Origin: Emiliania huxleyi CCMP1516
Lineage: Eukaryota
Reading direction: 5' to 3'
DNA length: 64,000 nucleotides
NCBI RefSeq assembly: GCF_000372725.1
Contig: NW_005202428.1
Span: forward strand, 1,783,331-1,847,330
In this document: piece by piece, positions 24,559 to 36,018 of the stretch
How positions within the stretch are numbered: position 1 is the stretch's first letter
Layout: the number at the start of each line of letters is the position of its first letter
Position numbers and translations under genes: made by a program
The notes under the pieces: model-generated
The model's input: the letters and a program-made list of their open reading frames with translations, nothing else
The model's database searches: none
What the model was told of the DNA's origin: nothing

Positions 24559-24844
24559 CTCACGTAGAGCTAATCGAATGTGGAATAAGTACACCCGCGG
24601 ACCCGCGTGTTGGGATTGGGTACTCCTGTCAATACAACATTGCGTGTACACACACGCCGCGATGTGTACGGTGTGTAGATCCTGTGTAGATCGCAGTGAC
24701 CAGTGTATCGGGGGGTTGTGCGAGCGCGTCCAGACTCCAGAGCCGGCCTCGCTTCCGTCGTCTCGGATCTCGGATGGGAAACTGAATGAGTCCGCTCGAT
24801 ATTACAGTATTGTTGACTGTCCCCGTTTTTTTGTTGTTGAAATG

Positions 24845-25330
24845 GAGAGAGAGTGGATTTGTACGTCGTCCAGCATGTGCCACCACCGCCGACCCGATTA
24901 GCCGTCGTACTCGACCTCGTGCACGATCCGTCCGTCCCCGTCCTCCTCCCGCGCCATGACGGTCGCAGGGTACCACCGCTCACTGTCGCAGAAGATCTCG
25001 AGGCGCGATCCGGTGGGCAGGACAGTGTGGCCGTCGAGCGCCGCCCTGGCATCCTCGCGCTTTCGCTTCCGCCGCTTCGCCTTCGTCTCCTTGCTGCGCA
25101 GCAGGGTGTAGTTCGGGCCCACCTCCGCCACGCTGTCCAGCACGTGGACGGCGCTCGCCATCTCGACCGCGTCGTCCTCCGGCGGAAGCTCCGCGTCGCC
25201 CGCGGCCGCTTCCCGAGCGCGCTCGTCGCGCATCCGCTCGTGGTGGGCCTGCCGACGCGCCACGCCGGCGCCCGTGTGCCTCGCCGCCGCGTCCGGCGAC
25301 GGCATCGATGCTGTCCGCCCGAGCGTGACT
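24845..25330 (-). pseudogene. Tudor-like domain fragment with an in-frame stop
   Basis: LPTGSRLEIFCDSERWYPATV..HEVEYDG*SGRRWWHMLDDVQIHSL. The TAA at 24898-24900 interrupts a Tudor-like barrel. Confidence 0.55.
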
Positions 25331-25466
25331 CGCCACTCCACGACCTTTCCACGACCTCCACGACCGCCGAAAAGTTCTCCCACTCGCTCTGCCCCAAACC
25401 TACCGGTACATCTTTCTACAGTTACATTACAAGATGCGCGCGTCGTGTCCTGCTCTCAGCGGCTCT

Positions 25467-27646
25467 CTATGAGCGCTGGGCCGCCGCGGCCGCCGCCTTC
25501 CTTGCAGCGGCCGCCTTGGCCCTCGCAGCGGCCGCGCGCCTCGCCTTTGCGGCGGCCATCGCCGCCTCAGCTGCCGCCGTGGCCGCCTCAGCTGCCGCAA
25601 GTGCCGCGGCCGCGGCTTCCTCCTCGGCCGCGGCTTCCTCCTCCTCCGCCTCTGCCTCCTCCTCCTCTTCCTCCGCCTCCTCGGCCAAGCGCTCCGCCTC
25701 GACCATCTCAGCTAAAGCCGCTGCCTGGCTCTCCGCCGTGATGCCGAGCCGGATCCTCTCCTCGTGACAACTTTCGAGAAGCCTGATCAATCTCGCCTCC
25801 TCGGCCTTCTTTGCGGCCTCGGCTGCGGCTGCCTTTGACAGCACCTCGACACCCTCTGATCGTGCCTCTGCACCCTCCGCCGGCGCCTCGGGCTCCTGCG
25901 ACGGCCCAGCGCCGCCGCTCCCGCCGCCCTTCTTCTTCTTCTTGCCCTTCTTGCCCTTGCCGCGCTTCTCCGCCTCCTCCTCCGCCAGCAGCTCCTCGGC
26001 ATGCCGCGCCGCCTCCGCCTCCGCCACCGCCCTCTCCGCCGCCCTCTCCGCCGCCCTCTTCGCCGCCTCCGCAGCCCTCGCCGCCTCCTTCGCCACCGCC
26101 TCGGCCGCCGCCTTGGCCGCCGCATGCTCCTCGAAGGCGCGCACGCACTCGGCGCTGCCCGCCTCCTTGGCAAGCTGCAGCGCTGTGCAGCCAGCCGCCA
26201 CGCCGAGTCGAATTTCCGTGTCGGCGCCCGCACGCAGCAAGCAGAGCACGACGGCGGGGTGGTTCTGGTAGGCGGCGAGCATTAGCGCAGTGAGGCCGGT
26301 ATTGTTCTGCTGGTTGATCTCCGCCCCATGCTGCAGCAGCAGCTCGGCCACCCGCTCGTGAGCGTGGTGACGCCGTAGCTGTCCTGCAGGTTGATCTCCG
26401 CCCCGTGCCGCAGCAGCAGCTTGACCACCCGCTCGCGGCCTTGGTGGGCGGCGTACATCATGGCAGTGCCGCCGAGGCTGTCCACCACGTTGACCTCAGC
26501 ACCGCGCTGCAGCAACAGCTCGACCACCCGCTCGTGGCCTTGGCGGGCGGCTGTCATCAGCAACGTACAGCGCTCACACCCTCTAAGAGTGAAATTCGCG
26601 TCCACCCGCCCGCCGCCGTCGAGCCACGCCAGCAACGCCGCCTCTTCGCCTTGCCTAGCCGCCTCCGCGATCTCCTCGGGGACGGCGTCCTCGCCCGTTC
26701 CGCTCTCCACGCCGCCAGAAGAGGACGCGGCAGTTTGCTTTCTCTGCGAGAGGGGCTGGTCCTCCTCGTCAAACGAGTCCGGGGGCGGCTTGTTGGTTGG
26801 TGCCGCCGCTGCCCCCTTGCCCGAGGCGGCATCGCCGTCCGCCCCTGCGCCGCCCGCCTCGCCGATCTCCTCGGGAACCGGCCCGCTGCTGCCGCCCTCG
26901 CCGCCCGAAGCGCTGCCTGCCCCCGCGCCGCCCGCCTCGACCGCCGCCGCGTCGCGCCTCTCTGCCGCCACCTCGCCGAGAACTGTCTTGACAGCGGCGA
27001 CGCACTCGGTGTGACCCTTCTCCTTGGCGATCTGCAGCGCCGTCCTGCCCGCCGCAGTGCGCAGCGCCATGTCTGCGCCCGCCCGCAGAAGCTGGAGCAC
27101 GACGGCAGGGTGGCCATTGAAGGCGGCGCCCGCGAGCGCAGCGTAGCCGTCGCTGGCTTGAAGGTTGACCTCTGCGCCGTGTCGCAGAAGCAAGTCGACC
27201 ACGCGCTCGTGGCCTTGGTAAGCAGCGAGCATCAGCGCGGTGCTGCCGCCGCTGCTCTGCAGGTTGATCTCCGCGCCGTGCCGCAGCAGCTTCTCGACCA
27301 CCTGCACGTGGCCGTGGTCGGCGGCGGCAATCAGCGCCGTAATGCCGATACTGTTTTGTGCGTCCACCTTCGCGCCGCCCTTGAGCAGAAGTTCGACCAG
27401 CTGCTTGTGACCGTTGCTGGCGGCGATCAGCAGGAGCGTACAGCCACTCACACCGCGATACACGCACGTCGCGTCAACCCACCCGTCCCCGGCGAGCCAC
27501 GTCTGCACCACGCCCACCTTGCCGGCCGCCGCCGCGGCTTGGATCTTTTTCGGCAGCGCGAGCGGCGCAGCCTGTGGCGTCGTTGAAGCGTGCCCGCGCC
27601 GGGAGGCGGCTGAGCCAGCTATCTGCCGGCAAGGCATAAGATGCAT
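25467..27646 (-). pseudogene. Ankyrin-repeat protein with Ala/Glu coiled-coil tail; frameshift at about 26360
   Basis: Many G.TALM.AA..GH..VV.LLL.HGA repeats in two clusters. At about 26360 the sequence jumps from GVTTL to HERVAELLLQHG in another frame, with part of a repeat missing and no intron-sized gap. Confidence 0.8.
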
Positions 27647-27989
27647 GTGTCTGGGCTTTCTTTTAACGTGCCTGTTCGCACCTGTGTTGAGCCTGTCTGC
27701 TGTGAGAGAGAGTTGTCTTGTTTTATTTCTTTTAACGTGTATCTGTTCTTCGCCTTTCGATAAATCAAATCTAATCAAATGCCAGTGGTGCGCGCCTTCG
27801 GGTGTATATACATTTCCTCTCGCACCCCGTCTCTTTTCCTTTCCTCTCTACAGCACGCTCTCTTTTCCTATATATTTTCCCGGGGAAACCATCAAATTTT
27901 CCGGGCTCTGAGCCGAGTCTGAGGCTGGTTTGGCTTTGGGCCCAAAATCAGCCAAATCGGCAAAATACCGGGTATTTTGCGGGTGGGTA

Positions 27990-28312
27990 GGTCTGGCCAC
28001 TTTTTCTTTGCCTTGCTTCCGTTGGGTTTCTTTGCCTTGCTTACTCCCTGCTGACAAGTGCACTGGACAATTGGCGACCAGTTTGCTTACCAGACCGTGA
28101 GCAGCCTATTGATTATATCCAAGCGTGGTACAAATTGCGACACTATCTGGTGCAAAAAGACCAAGCTACTGATCATCAACCTGGGTATTCAAATCAAATG
28201 GATCTTTGACTGGTATTTTTGCCTCGCGCCAGCTGCATTTGCGATATGCGGCACCATCCTGCTCGTTGCTTGGGGCATTGCAATCTACAATTTCGTGCGA
28301 TCCCTCCTATCC
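27990..28312 (+). mobile_element. Degenerate inverted fragment of the membrane-protein ORF carried by the LTR element (57330-57630)
   Basis: Encodes TKLLIINLGIQIKWIFDWYFCLAPAAFAICGTILLVAWGIAIYNFVRSLL, versus TKLLIINLGIQIKWVFDWYFCLAPAALAICGIILLVAWGFAIYDFVRSLL in the element. Small indels are present upstream. Confidence 0.9.
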
Positions 28313-28473
28313 CACACAAGAGGACGCATCCAAACCGCCGCATTTCGCCCGCCGAAAAGTTCTCCCACTCGCTCTGCCCCAAACCCAAATCTGTCTACAG
28401 TTACATTACATAATCCGCGCGCATTTACGACGGGGGGGGGGGGGGGTCGACGGAAGCACGGAAGGTCATTGGT

Positions 28474-29931
28474 TCACGCCTTCCCAACTGCCTTCCCTGT
28501 CGCCTCCTCCCAGCCCAACGCCGTCGGGATGTCCTCATAGTCAAGCGTCCACAGGCGGACGGCGTTGTGCGAGGAGTCGTCGTAGCACTTGAAGCCGAGG
28601 AGCTGCTGTTGCGTGGGAGTCATACTCCTGGCCGCCTCGGGCGACACTCCGAGGCATCCCGCCTCCTCGGGCGTGAGCCAGCCTATGAGAGCCTTGCCGC
28701 ATCGTCAACTGACACGACTCCCTGCCCTCTCATCTCTGGCGCGAGCCCGCCAGCGACATACGAGAGGTGCAAACCCTGCCTCCACTCGCACTGGGTGGTG
28801 TTCGCGCCACTGCCGTGGATCACCTGGCGGAGCAGCCGCCACCCCACTCACCTCCAGAGGCTCTATGGTGTATTTTCTCGGAGATCTCGGCGTAAGGCCT
28901 TGCCGCTGTAGATCATGCCGCTGCCAGCCGGCATCACCGCCTGCGTCACGTCCTCAGGCGCCGCCTGGAGCGCGTAGTCCGGCCACGCGTGGCTGCCAGG
29001 CACCACGCGTGTCGCGCCCGTCTCCGCTCGAAAGTCGGAGAGCGCGATCATGCACGAGATAGTCACCTACATTGAGGCACTCTATTGGTGACGAACAATG
29101 AAGCGATGAATGGGTGTGCGGGTGCTTGCTAGAAAGGTCGCCGCGGGCGAGGCGGGTGAGGCGCAAAAGTGCGGCCAGTTGAGCGCGTCGCGGTGCAACC
29201 ACTGCGCGCGCTCGCCGGGGCCGAGACACATCATCTGCCCCGTGTTCATCCAATAGGACGTGCCTAGGTGCAGCGCCCGGGACAAAATTTGGCGACGCCC
29301 ATCTCTTGGCCGGTGCGCGTCAGGCAGACTGTTACAGTGGGGAAGGAGCTCGGCGTCAGCCATGCGCAGCAGCAGCGGGTGCACCAGCACGCGGTTCAAA
29401 AACGTTCGAGACCGTGCTGCGAGCCGGGTGAAGCGCACCGTGTTGCCGCCCCAGAAGGCCGCGACGTGCGCGTCCACCGCCTATGCGTGAAAATATCTAG
29501 TGTGCAAACACTAGTAGGAGACGCCGTGTACCGTGGGGCCTTGTTGTCCTAGCACGGGAGTACCCGTGTGGACCGGAGGCAGCAGCAAACACGAGTAGCA
29601 CGCGGGGCACGGACAAAGCTGCTGCCTTTGTTCCAGGCATTGCTGATTCGAAAGACTGCGCCGTCTCCCTGCGCAATGCCTCGACGTCGACCTGATCAAG
29701 CATGCCGCGAACCACCACGGCACCATCGCGCTCGAACGCGCCACGAATGTCCTCAAAGCTCACGCTGTGGTCAAAGCTTTGCAGCGGCTTGGCTCCGCCC
29801 TCCGCTCTGCTGTGTTTTGTCGCAGCTGCCGTTGCCGCTCGCGTCGCACCGAGCGCTGGCGTCCGAAGGACAGTACCCCTTCGCTGCGTATGCTGCGTGA
29901 GCCGCGCACGCGTAGCCCAGAGCAGTGCCAT
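28474..29931 (-). CDS. PhyH-family Fe(II)/2OG dioxygenase, Arg/Ala-rich N-terminal extension, about 6 exons
   Basis: FERDGAVVVRGML, PGERAQWLHRD, IALSDFRAETGATRVVPGSH, MPAGSGMIYSGK, VIHGSGAN and GWLTPEE..QQLLGF. Confidence 0.9.
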
Positions 29932-30065
29932 GGCGTATTCTTCGACCCAGTGAGAGGGAGGGGACGCGCGTTTTACCTCACAGTTGCCGAGCTGTACTCG
30001 ATCGCCTCACGCCGCGCGTGGGCCTTTAGGGGCCTAGACACCCCCACTCTCCCGTTTCTCCCTGT

Positions 30066-31087
30066 ATGGAGATCGCTGATGACGTGATTGCCGGCATGGC
30101 TGGGGGCGCCTCAACCCTCGCGGTGGGACTGCCACTCGACGTTGTCAAGGTCCGCACCCAGGCGCAGCCTCACCTCTGCACCGGCATGCTGCAATGTGCT
30201 TTTCAGGCGTGGGCCGGCCTCCTCCCTCGCACAACACTGGGCACACAGGTACACCCAACGAAGAGTGAGCACCGTGGCAGGTGCTCGCCAGGGAGGGGCC
30301 ATCGGCCTTCTACCTCGGGGCAACGCCCGCTGCCGCCAGCATAATGCTCGAAAGCACGGTCCTCCTTGCGCTCGATCGGCATTGGAAGAGGGCGTTAAAT
30401 CGCGCCGCGGGCAGGGAGTCGGATGCGGATCTCGCTGCATATGAGGTCGCGCAAGCTGAGAAGGCACTGAGGACTAAACCAGTAGTGCCCACCCAAAGCG
30501 ACATGCCGCAGGAGTCGCTCTGCGGCGGGGCCACGGCGGTGGGCACGGTCTCCCTGATCTGCCCGCTGGAGGTGGTCAAGGTACGGCTGCAAAACCAGGC
30601 GGCAATCCCGGGGGCAGGCGCGGCGTGCGGTCCTCTCGCAACGGCGGCAGCGCTGTGGCGCACCGAGGGGATCTGTGGCTTCTACCGGGGATATAGCGCC
30701 CAGTTGTGCCGGGACGTGCCCTTCTACCTCATCTTCTTTACAGCGTATGAGGGGTACATGAAGGCTGCGGCGCGGTGGAGCGGTGCCGAGACGAGGGACG
30801 GCGTACCTCGGTTGCACGTCCTCCATGGCGGCGGCCTGGCCAACGCTGCAGCCTATATGTGCGGCCTGCCCTTCGACGTGGCCAAGACGGTTGTGCAGTC
30901 GGGGGCGGTGCCGATCGGCGGCGGCGGCGTATGGAGCACTCTTTGGGCGCTCTGCCGGGCGGACGGGCTGACGCGCCTGTTCCGGGGAGGATGGCCCCTC
31001 TTTTGGTATGGCTACGTTACGGGAGCGGCGTGGTGGATCACAGTGGAGACTGTGCAGGCGCAGATGCAGTGCGGTAAACGTCAGTGA
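30066..31087 (+). CDS. Mitochondrial carrier family (SLC25) protein
   Basis: Three Px[DE]xx[KR]x signatures: PLDVVKVR, PLEVVKVR and PFDVAKT. Also EGICGFYRG. A GC-AG intron lies at 30208-30280. Confidence 0.92.
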
Positions 31088-31553
31088 TTATTGCTGGCAG
31101 CGCGTACCATACGTCAGTACCGCGCCCATGATGCCCCATGCCGCGGCGTGCCCCAGCGCCGCCGGTGGCGCGTCGCGGCGTGTGACGGAGACACGACACT
31201 CATGACGACACCGCTCCGCCGCACACTAGCGCCACCGCTACTGCGCCTGCGCGGGGGGTGGCCAGGGACGAGAATGTCGCGGCGGGCCGACCGATTCTCA
31301 GCGACGAGGCTCTCTAAAAAGGTGGACTGAGACGTCTTAACAGTACGAGGGGCCACACACAAGCGAGAGCGCTCAGCCCGCACGCGCGTACCGCGCGACA
31401 ACACAGGCGCGGGAACGGGCTCTCACACACGATCCCAGCGGCTTCCACCGCCACGGCGCGGGGCCCGCGCCCCAGCCCCGTCTTCGAACGTTCCGGGACC
31501 GCTCCGTCAGACATGAACCATGGCTGCGCCTCGGCCGGCGGTGCCTGCCTCGC

Positions 31554-33134
31554 CTAGGCCTCGTCCTTGTACTCGTCGTCCTCGTCGCCCCCGCCATAGT
31601 CATCATCGCTGTCGCTGAGGTCCTCGTCGCCGCCGCCGGCCGCCGGCTGCAGAGCGGGGCGGGGGGCGGTCAGGGGCAGAGCGGAGGGGGGGCGGGGATG
31701 TTGGACCCGGCGACGTGGGTCTCTTGGGAGCCTCTCGGGCTCTCGTGTGGGCGTGGCGGGGCGCGAGACGTGTGGGGGAGTGTCAGTGCGGCGGGCGGTG
31801 GGCGGCTTTGAGCGGGATGGGGCGCGCCTCCGGCTCCGGCTTCTCGTACGGCGTGAGCTCCCCGGCCAAGAAGGCGCGCGCAAACTCACTCATCGTGTCG
31901 CCCGAGAAGGCGGCGGCGCCGTCGGCCGGCGCATAGTACTGCCCGCCGGCCGAGATGCCCATCAGGATGGTGTTTGGCTTGTCGGTCGGTAGGCCGTAGT
32001 CGCCCAGCTCGTAGCTCAGGTCTGTGCTCGACGCGACCGCGACCGCCAGCTTGCCCTTGAGCTTGGCCGCCGCCTTGCGCGCGCGCTTGAGCACGTAGCT
32101 GACGCCCTGGGCCGGGAGAGGAGCGGCGGTGGGTGCAGCGGCGGCGAGGGAAGCGGCTGCGCCGGGGCTAATCAGGCAGAGTGTCCAGGAGGCGCCTTTG
32201 CATTCTTCGCGAAGTCGAGGTTGAAGAAGACGACGAGTGTCGCGCCTAGCGCCGACACGTCGCCGAGGTATGCGCCGAGAGGCAGCCGAAGTCGGAGAAG
32301 GGGCGGCGGGCGGGGGGCTGCACCGGAGTAGCGCTCCTTGGTGGAGGAGGAGTAGAGCCCGACCAGCGGCTGCGCTTTGCTGTTGAGCCAGTTGCGGACC
32401 GCGGACTCGGACAGCTGCCGGGGGAGATGGAGGAGGGACAGAGGGTGGGGGGAAGGGCGGGGGCAGAGGATGGTGGGAGGGGAGGGGGGGTGGGAGGCGA
32501 GACACAAGGTGGGTGCTGGTGGCGCGTGCGCGCAGAGTTGTGCGCGTCCTTTGAAGACGGCGCTGTGTGTCCTCCTTCGTCCGAGCTGGGCCGCGTGTGC
32601 TGGCCGGCGGAGCACCTTTGTCGACGGGAAGCGCTCGCGCGGCTTGTCTCCGTGCTCGGCAGACAGAAACTTGGGCGAGCGGTAGAGGTAGAGGCCGCCC
32701 GTCTTGGACTTGAGCTTGGCGAGCACGTCGGGCGCCGCCGAGAAGGCGAAGCGGTAGTTGTACAGCGACGAAGCGATCGAGTTGAACGCGGCCAGCTCCG
32801 GGTTCGTGACAACGGGCGCCTCCCACGTTCCGTCCTCGTCCTCGTCCCAGTCCTCGGGCATGACGGCCGCCGGGTCAGGCATCTCCTTCTCGAGGAAGGC
32901 GCCCACCACAGACGCGTCGTTGTCATCCATGAAGGCCTCCAGGTCCGCGACCGACGAAAGCTCGCGCGCGGCCCCGTCTCCGGCCGGCGCCGGCGGAGGG
33001 TCCTCCTCCTCCTCCTCCTCGCCGTACCCACCGCCGCCGCCAAAGTCGTCTTCGCCGTAGTCGTCCTCCTGGCACGCGGCCTGGCCGGCGAGGCCGAGGA
33101 GCAGCAGCGTGAGCACGAGCTTGGTGAGCCTCAT
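31554..33134 (-). CDS. ER-resident PDI-like (b/b' thioredoxin-fold, no CxxC seen) protein with a calreticulin/calnexin P-domain insert
   Basis: Signal peptide MRLTKLVLTLLLLGLAGQAAC. PDI-b-like segments: ELSSVADLEAFMDDNDASVVGAF, AFNSIASSLYNYRFAFS, QPLVGLYS and EFARAFLAGELTPYEKPEP. Insert reads DPAAVMPEDWDEDEDGTWEAPVVTNPE. The acidic C-terminus ends KDEA*. Confidence 0.8.
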
Positions 33135-33505
33135 CACTCCGCTAGCGCACTGAGGTGTGAGAGTCTCTGACCCGCGCGGCGACACGTCACGAGCGCCATT
33201 TCGCCTTTTCTTTCTTTCTATTCCTTCTTCTGGACTTCGAAAACACTAACACAAAAATAATTGTGCAGCGGTCGTACAGCGGCGCGGTCGTCTCTTCTTC
33301 GATGATCTCGCCAGGGAAGAATGCGTAATGCGTAAAACGCTAAACGGCTCGATGGACGATGCAGGTGTAATCGCGCCGGCGGTAAATAAATAAATAAAAA
33401 CGGACACCTCTACTGTGAGGGGTGCAGGTGGGTAAAAAGCACTCTGTCAACACAAGCCACGACCACCCAACTCCTCAACAAACCGCTCAGCCTCAGAGAA
33501 TGCCT

Positions 33506-34672
33506 CTACCACCTGGGGCTGCCCTTGCCACCCTTGCCGCCCTTGCCGCCCTTCCCCTTGCCGCCCTTGCCGCCCTTCCCCTTGCCCTTGCCCTTGCCCT
33601 TGCCGCCCTTGCCTCCCTTGCCTTTTCCGCCGCCGCCGGGCGACCCCTTGCCGCCCTTCCCGCCACGCGCGCCAGAGCCGCCAGCGCGGCCCACGTCGTC
33701 GCTGTCGTCGCCACTGTCGTCGCCCTCATCCTCCGAGTCGGGCCGCGGCGTGTCGACGTGGCGCGCCGCCTTGCGCGCCGGAGTGTGAGCCGATGGCTGC
33801 GCCCGCTTGCCGCCAGCCACACCCGCCTCCTCGGCGCTCTCGCCCTCCTCGCCGCTCTCGTCGCCGCTCTCGTGGCCGCTCTCGTCGAAGATGCCGTCGG
33901 CGGAGTCCTCCTCGTCCTCATCGCTCTCGCCGGCCTCGCTCTCGTCGTCGTCGAGAGCCCCGCGCAGGGCCGCATCCTCCTCCGCGTCGGAGGAGCCGTC
34001 CTCGCCGCTCTCCTCGCCGCTCCCCTCCTCGCCCTCCTCCTCGCTCTCAGCCTCCCCCTCCTCCTCCTCCCCCTCGCTCTCCTCCTCCTCCCCCCCTTCC
34101 TCCTCCTCCTCCCCCTCGCTCTCCACCCCTTCCTCCTCCCCCTCCTCCTGCTTGCCGCCCGCCATCACCACGACCAGCCGGTCCTCGCTCGCCTCCACCT
34201 CCTCACCCTCATCCTCCTCCTCCTCCTCCTCCTCGCTCTCCGCCGCTTCATCCGCGGCGGCGCGAGCCAGCATCGCCTCCACCTTCGACGCTGGCCACTT
34301 GAGCGGGTCCTCCTCCTCCTCCTCCTCCATCCCCTCCTCCTCGGACTCCTCCTCCGACTCTGAGCCAATCGGGAAGCCCGCCCTCACCCAGCCGCCAACC
34401 ACGTCGATGGCGCACTCGCCGGAGGCCTCGAGCGCGGCGAGATCGCGCTCGTCGAGGACGACACCGAGGCAGCTCTGCTCGCAACCCGGCCGTAGCGAGC
34501 ACAGCACGAGCGAAGGGCTGCTGCACGAGCTCACCGTGAGCCGCGCACTGCCCGTGGACTTGCTGAGCGCGGCGTGCTTGAGCTGGAGGATGTGGCCGGG
34601 ACACCACGGGCGGTCGCGGGAAGGAAGCGCGACCTTCTCGCCTGGGGCGATCCGGCAGGCGAAGAAGCTCAT
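33506..34672 (-). CDS. Nucleoplasmin-like (NPL; FKBP39/HD-tuin type) acidic nuclear protein
   Basis: N-terminal MSFFACRIAPGEK..LQLKHAAL..LVLCSLRPG.EQ..L resembles the NPL fold. Long Glu/Asp tracts and a Gly-Lys repeat tail follow. Confidence 0.75.
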   Translation of the reverse strand: MSFFACRIAPGEKVALPSRDRPWCPGHILQLKHAALSKSTGSARLTVSSCSSPSLVLCSLRPGCEQSCLGVVLDERDLAALEASGECAIDVVGGWVRAGFPIGSESEEESEEEGMEEEEEEDPLKWPASKVEAMLARAAADEAAESEEEEEEEDEGEEVEASEDRLVVVMAGGKQEEGEEEGVESEGEEEEEGGEEEESEGEEEEGEAESEEEGEEGSGEESGEDGSSDAEEDAALRGALDDDESEAGESDEDEEDSADGIFDESGHESGDESGEEGESAEEAGVAGGKRAQPSAHTPARKAARHVDTPRPDSEDEGDDSGDDSDDVGRAGGSGARGGKGGKGSPGGGGKGKGGKGGKGKGKGKGKGGKGGKGKGGKGGKGGKGSPRW

Positions 34673-34776
34673 GTTCAGGAGAGTGTGGCCTCGTGCCTGC
34701 CCAAACGTCAGCTGGCGCAGCACCTGCAAAAGAAATCCCGCTGCAGAAGCAGGGATAGCCGTTGAGAAGGCCGCAA

Positions 34777-36018
34777 ATGAAGCGAGTCTATGGCCTCAAA
34801 GACAACACGACGGAACATAGCGAATACAAGAGGCTGGCGGAGCAGCTGGAGCGACCAGAGTGGGCGCAGCTGCGACAATACTGGAAGTGGGCGGCCATAG
34901 AAGAGCGCGCACACGGACAGAAGACGGAACGGAGGGCGCCCGATAGGGTGCGGAAGGTGAAGGCGGCAAGGAAGGCGCCGACCTGCTACGGGGGAGGCAC
35001 GGAGGAGGACGAACACGGATGGGAGTACCTCTGCGAATGGGAAGGCGAGCAGAGCGACAGCTGGGTGTGGCACGATAAGATGCCCCACACATGGGAGCGG
35101 GAGCTAATGCACGCGCAAGGCGCGAGATGGCAAGCGGCGTCCTTCCGAGAGTGGCTAGAACACCGCAGAAGACTAGGTAGATCGGGGCCGGAGGCAGCGC
35201 AAGCGGACAGAGCACTAGAGACGTGCGATGGAGAGAGTAATGCTCCGTCGTGGAGCGACGTGCTCGATCGATTCATTGAATACAGCAGGGAGGTTAACGG
35301 GGTGTGCACAAGCGCACCCAACATGACAGAACACACGTTCGAAGAAGGGCGAACCAGGACGGACATCCGAGTGGAGGGGAAGGCCAGGACGCTCTACCTC
35401 GGAGGGAAGAAACCGGCGCAAGACAGCGGCACGCAACTGGGGTCGAGAGAGGACGGGGACAATCGAGTGATAAAGCTGGAGGGGACCCCGGGCCTCGATA
35501 CCAACGCGACATGGGAGGAGGAGATACCCGAGCAAAATAAGATCACGAAGGACGCGGTGAGAAAGATGATGGAGAGACAGGAGAGGGAGCGACAGGAAGA
35601 CGTAGGGCGTGCTTGCGCGCCTTTCCGAGGCCCCTCCAACCCACCCGCGCTAGGTCTCGGGTTTGACGCATGGGGTCACACCCGCGAAACCCGTGAACTA
35701 GCCGGGGCAGTCGGAGAAGGGGCAACTCCGTGCACTGACGGTCGGCCGTCAGAAAACACGCCTCCGTGGCTCGGGTTACACCAATCCTCGCTACCCAACG
35801 CGGCCAAAGGATATCCACCTCGAGAACCTCGAGAGAGGGAGTATCCGCGGGTCGGGCGGGGGGGCCCCTCCCTCCTAGATGATGATTCTAGCACTTCCCT
35901 CCATAAGATAAGGCCACCTCGAATGTGTATAGAGGTGGTCATTGAGAGGGGAGTCCTAGAAACTGAGGGAGTTGGAGGTTATTTTGTCTGTCGGTCGGTC
36001 GCGAAGAGAGTTGTTTGA
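34777..36018 (+). mobile_element. Chromodomain-containing intronless ORF, probably from a mobile element
   Basis: RVRKVKAARK..GWEYLCEWEGEQSDSWVWHDKM fits the chromodomain pattern. The coding strand is purine-rich, unlike host genes. The stop lies inside dispersed motif M1, and an inverted M2 follows about 430 bp later. Confidence 0.55.

Noticed and set aside
20977..31087. PhyH + GT47 + PhyH + carrier as a biosynthetic gene cluster
   Set aside because: There is no core synthase, the genes are interrupted by ankyrin and element debris, and these families are common in algal genomes.
33422..34820. Plus-strand Leu-rich and Ser-rich ORFs as membrane or mucin proteins
   Set aside because: They are antisense readings of the Glu/Gly-Lys repeats of the NPL gene.
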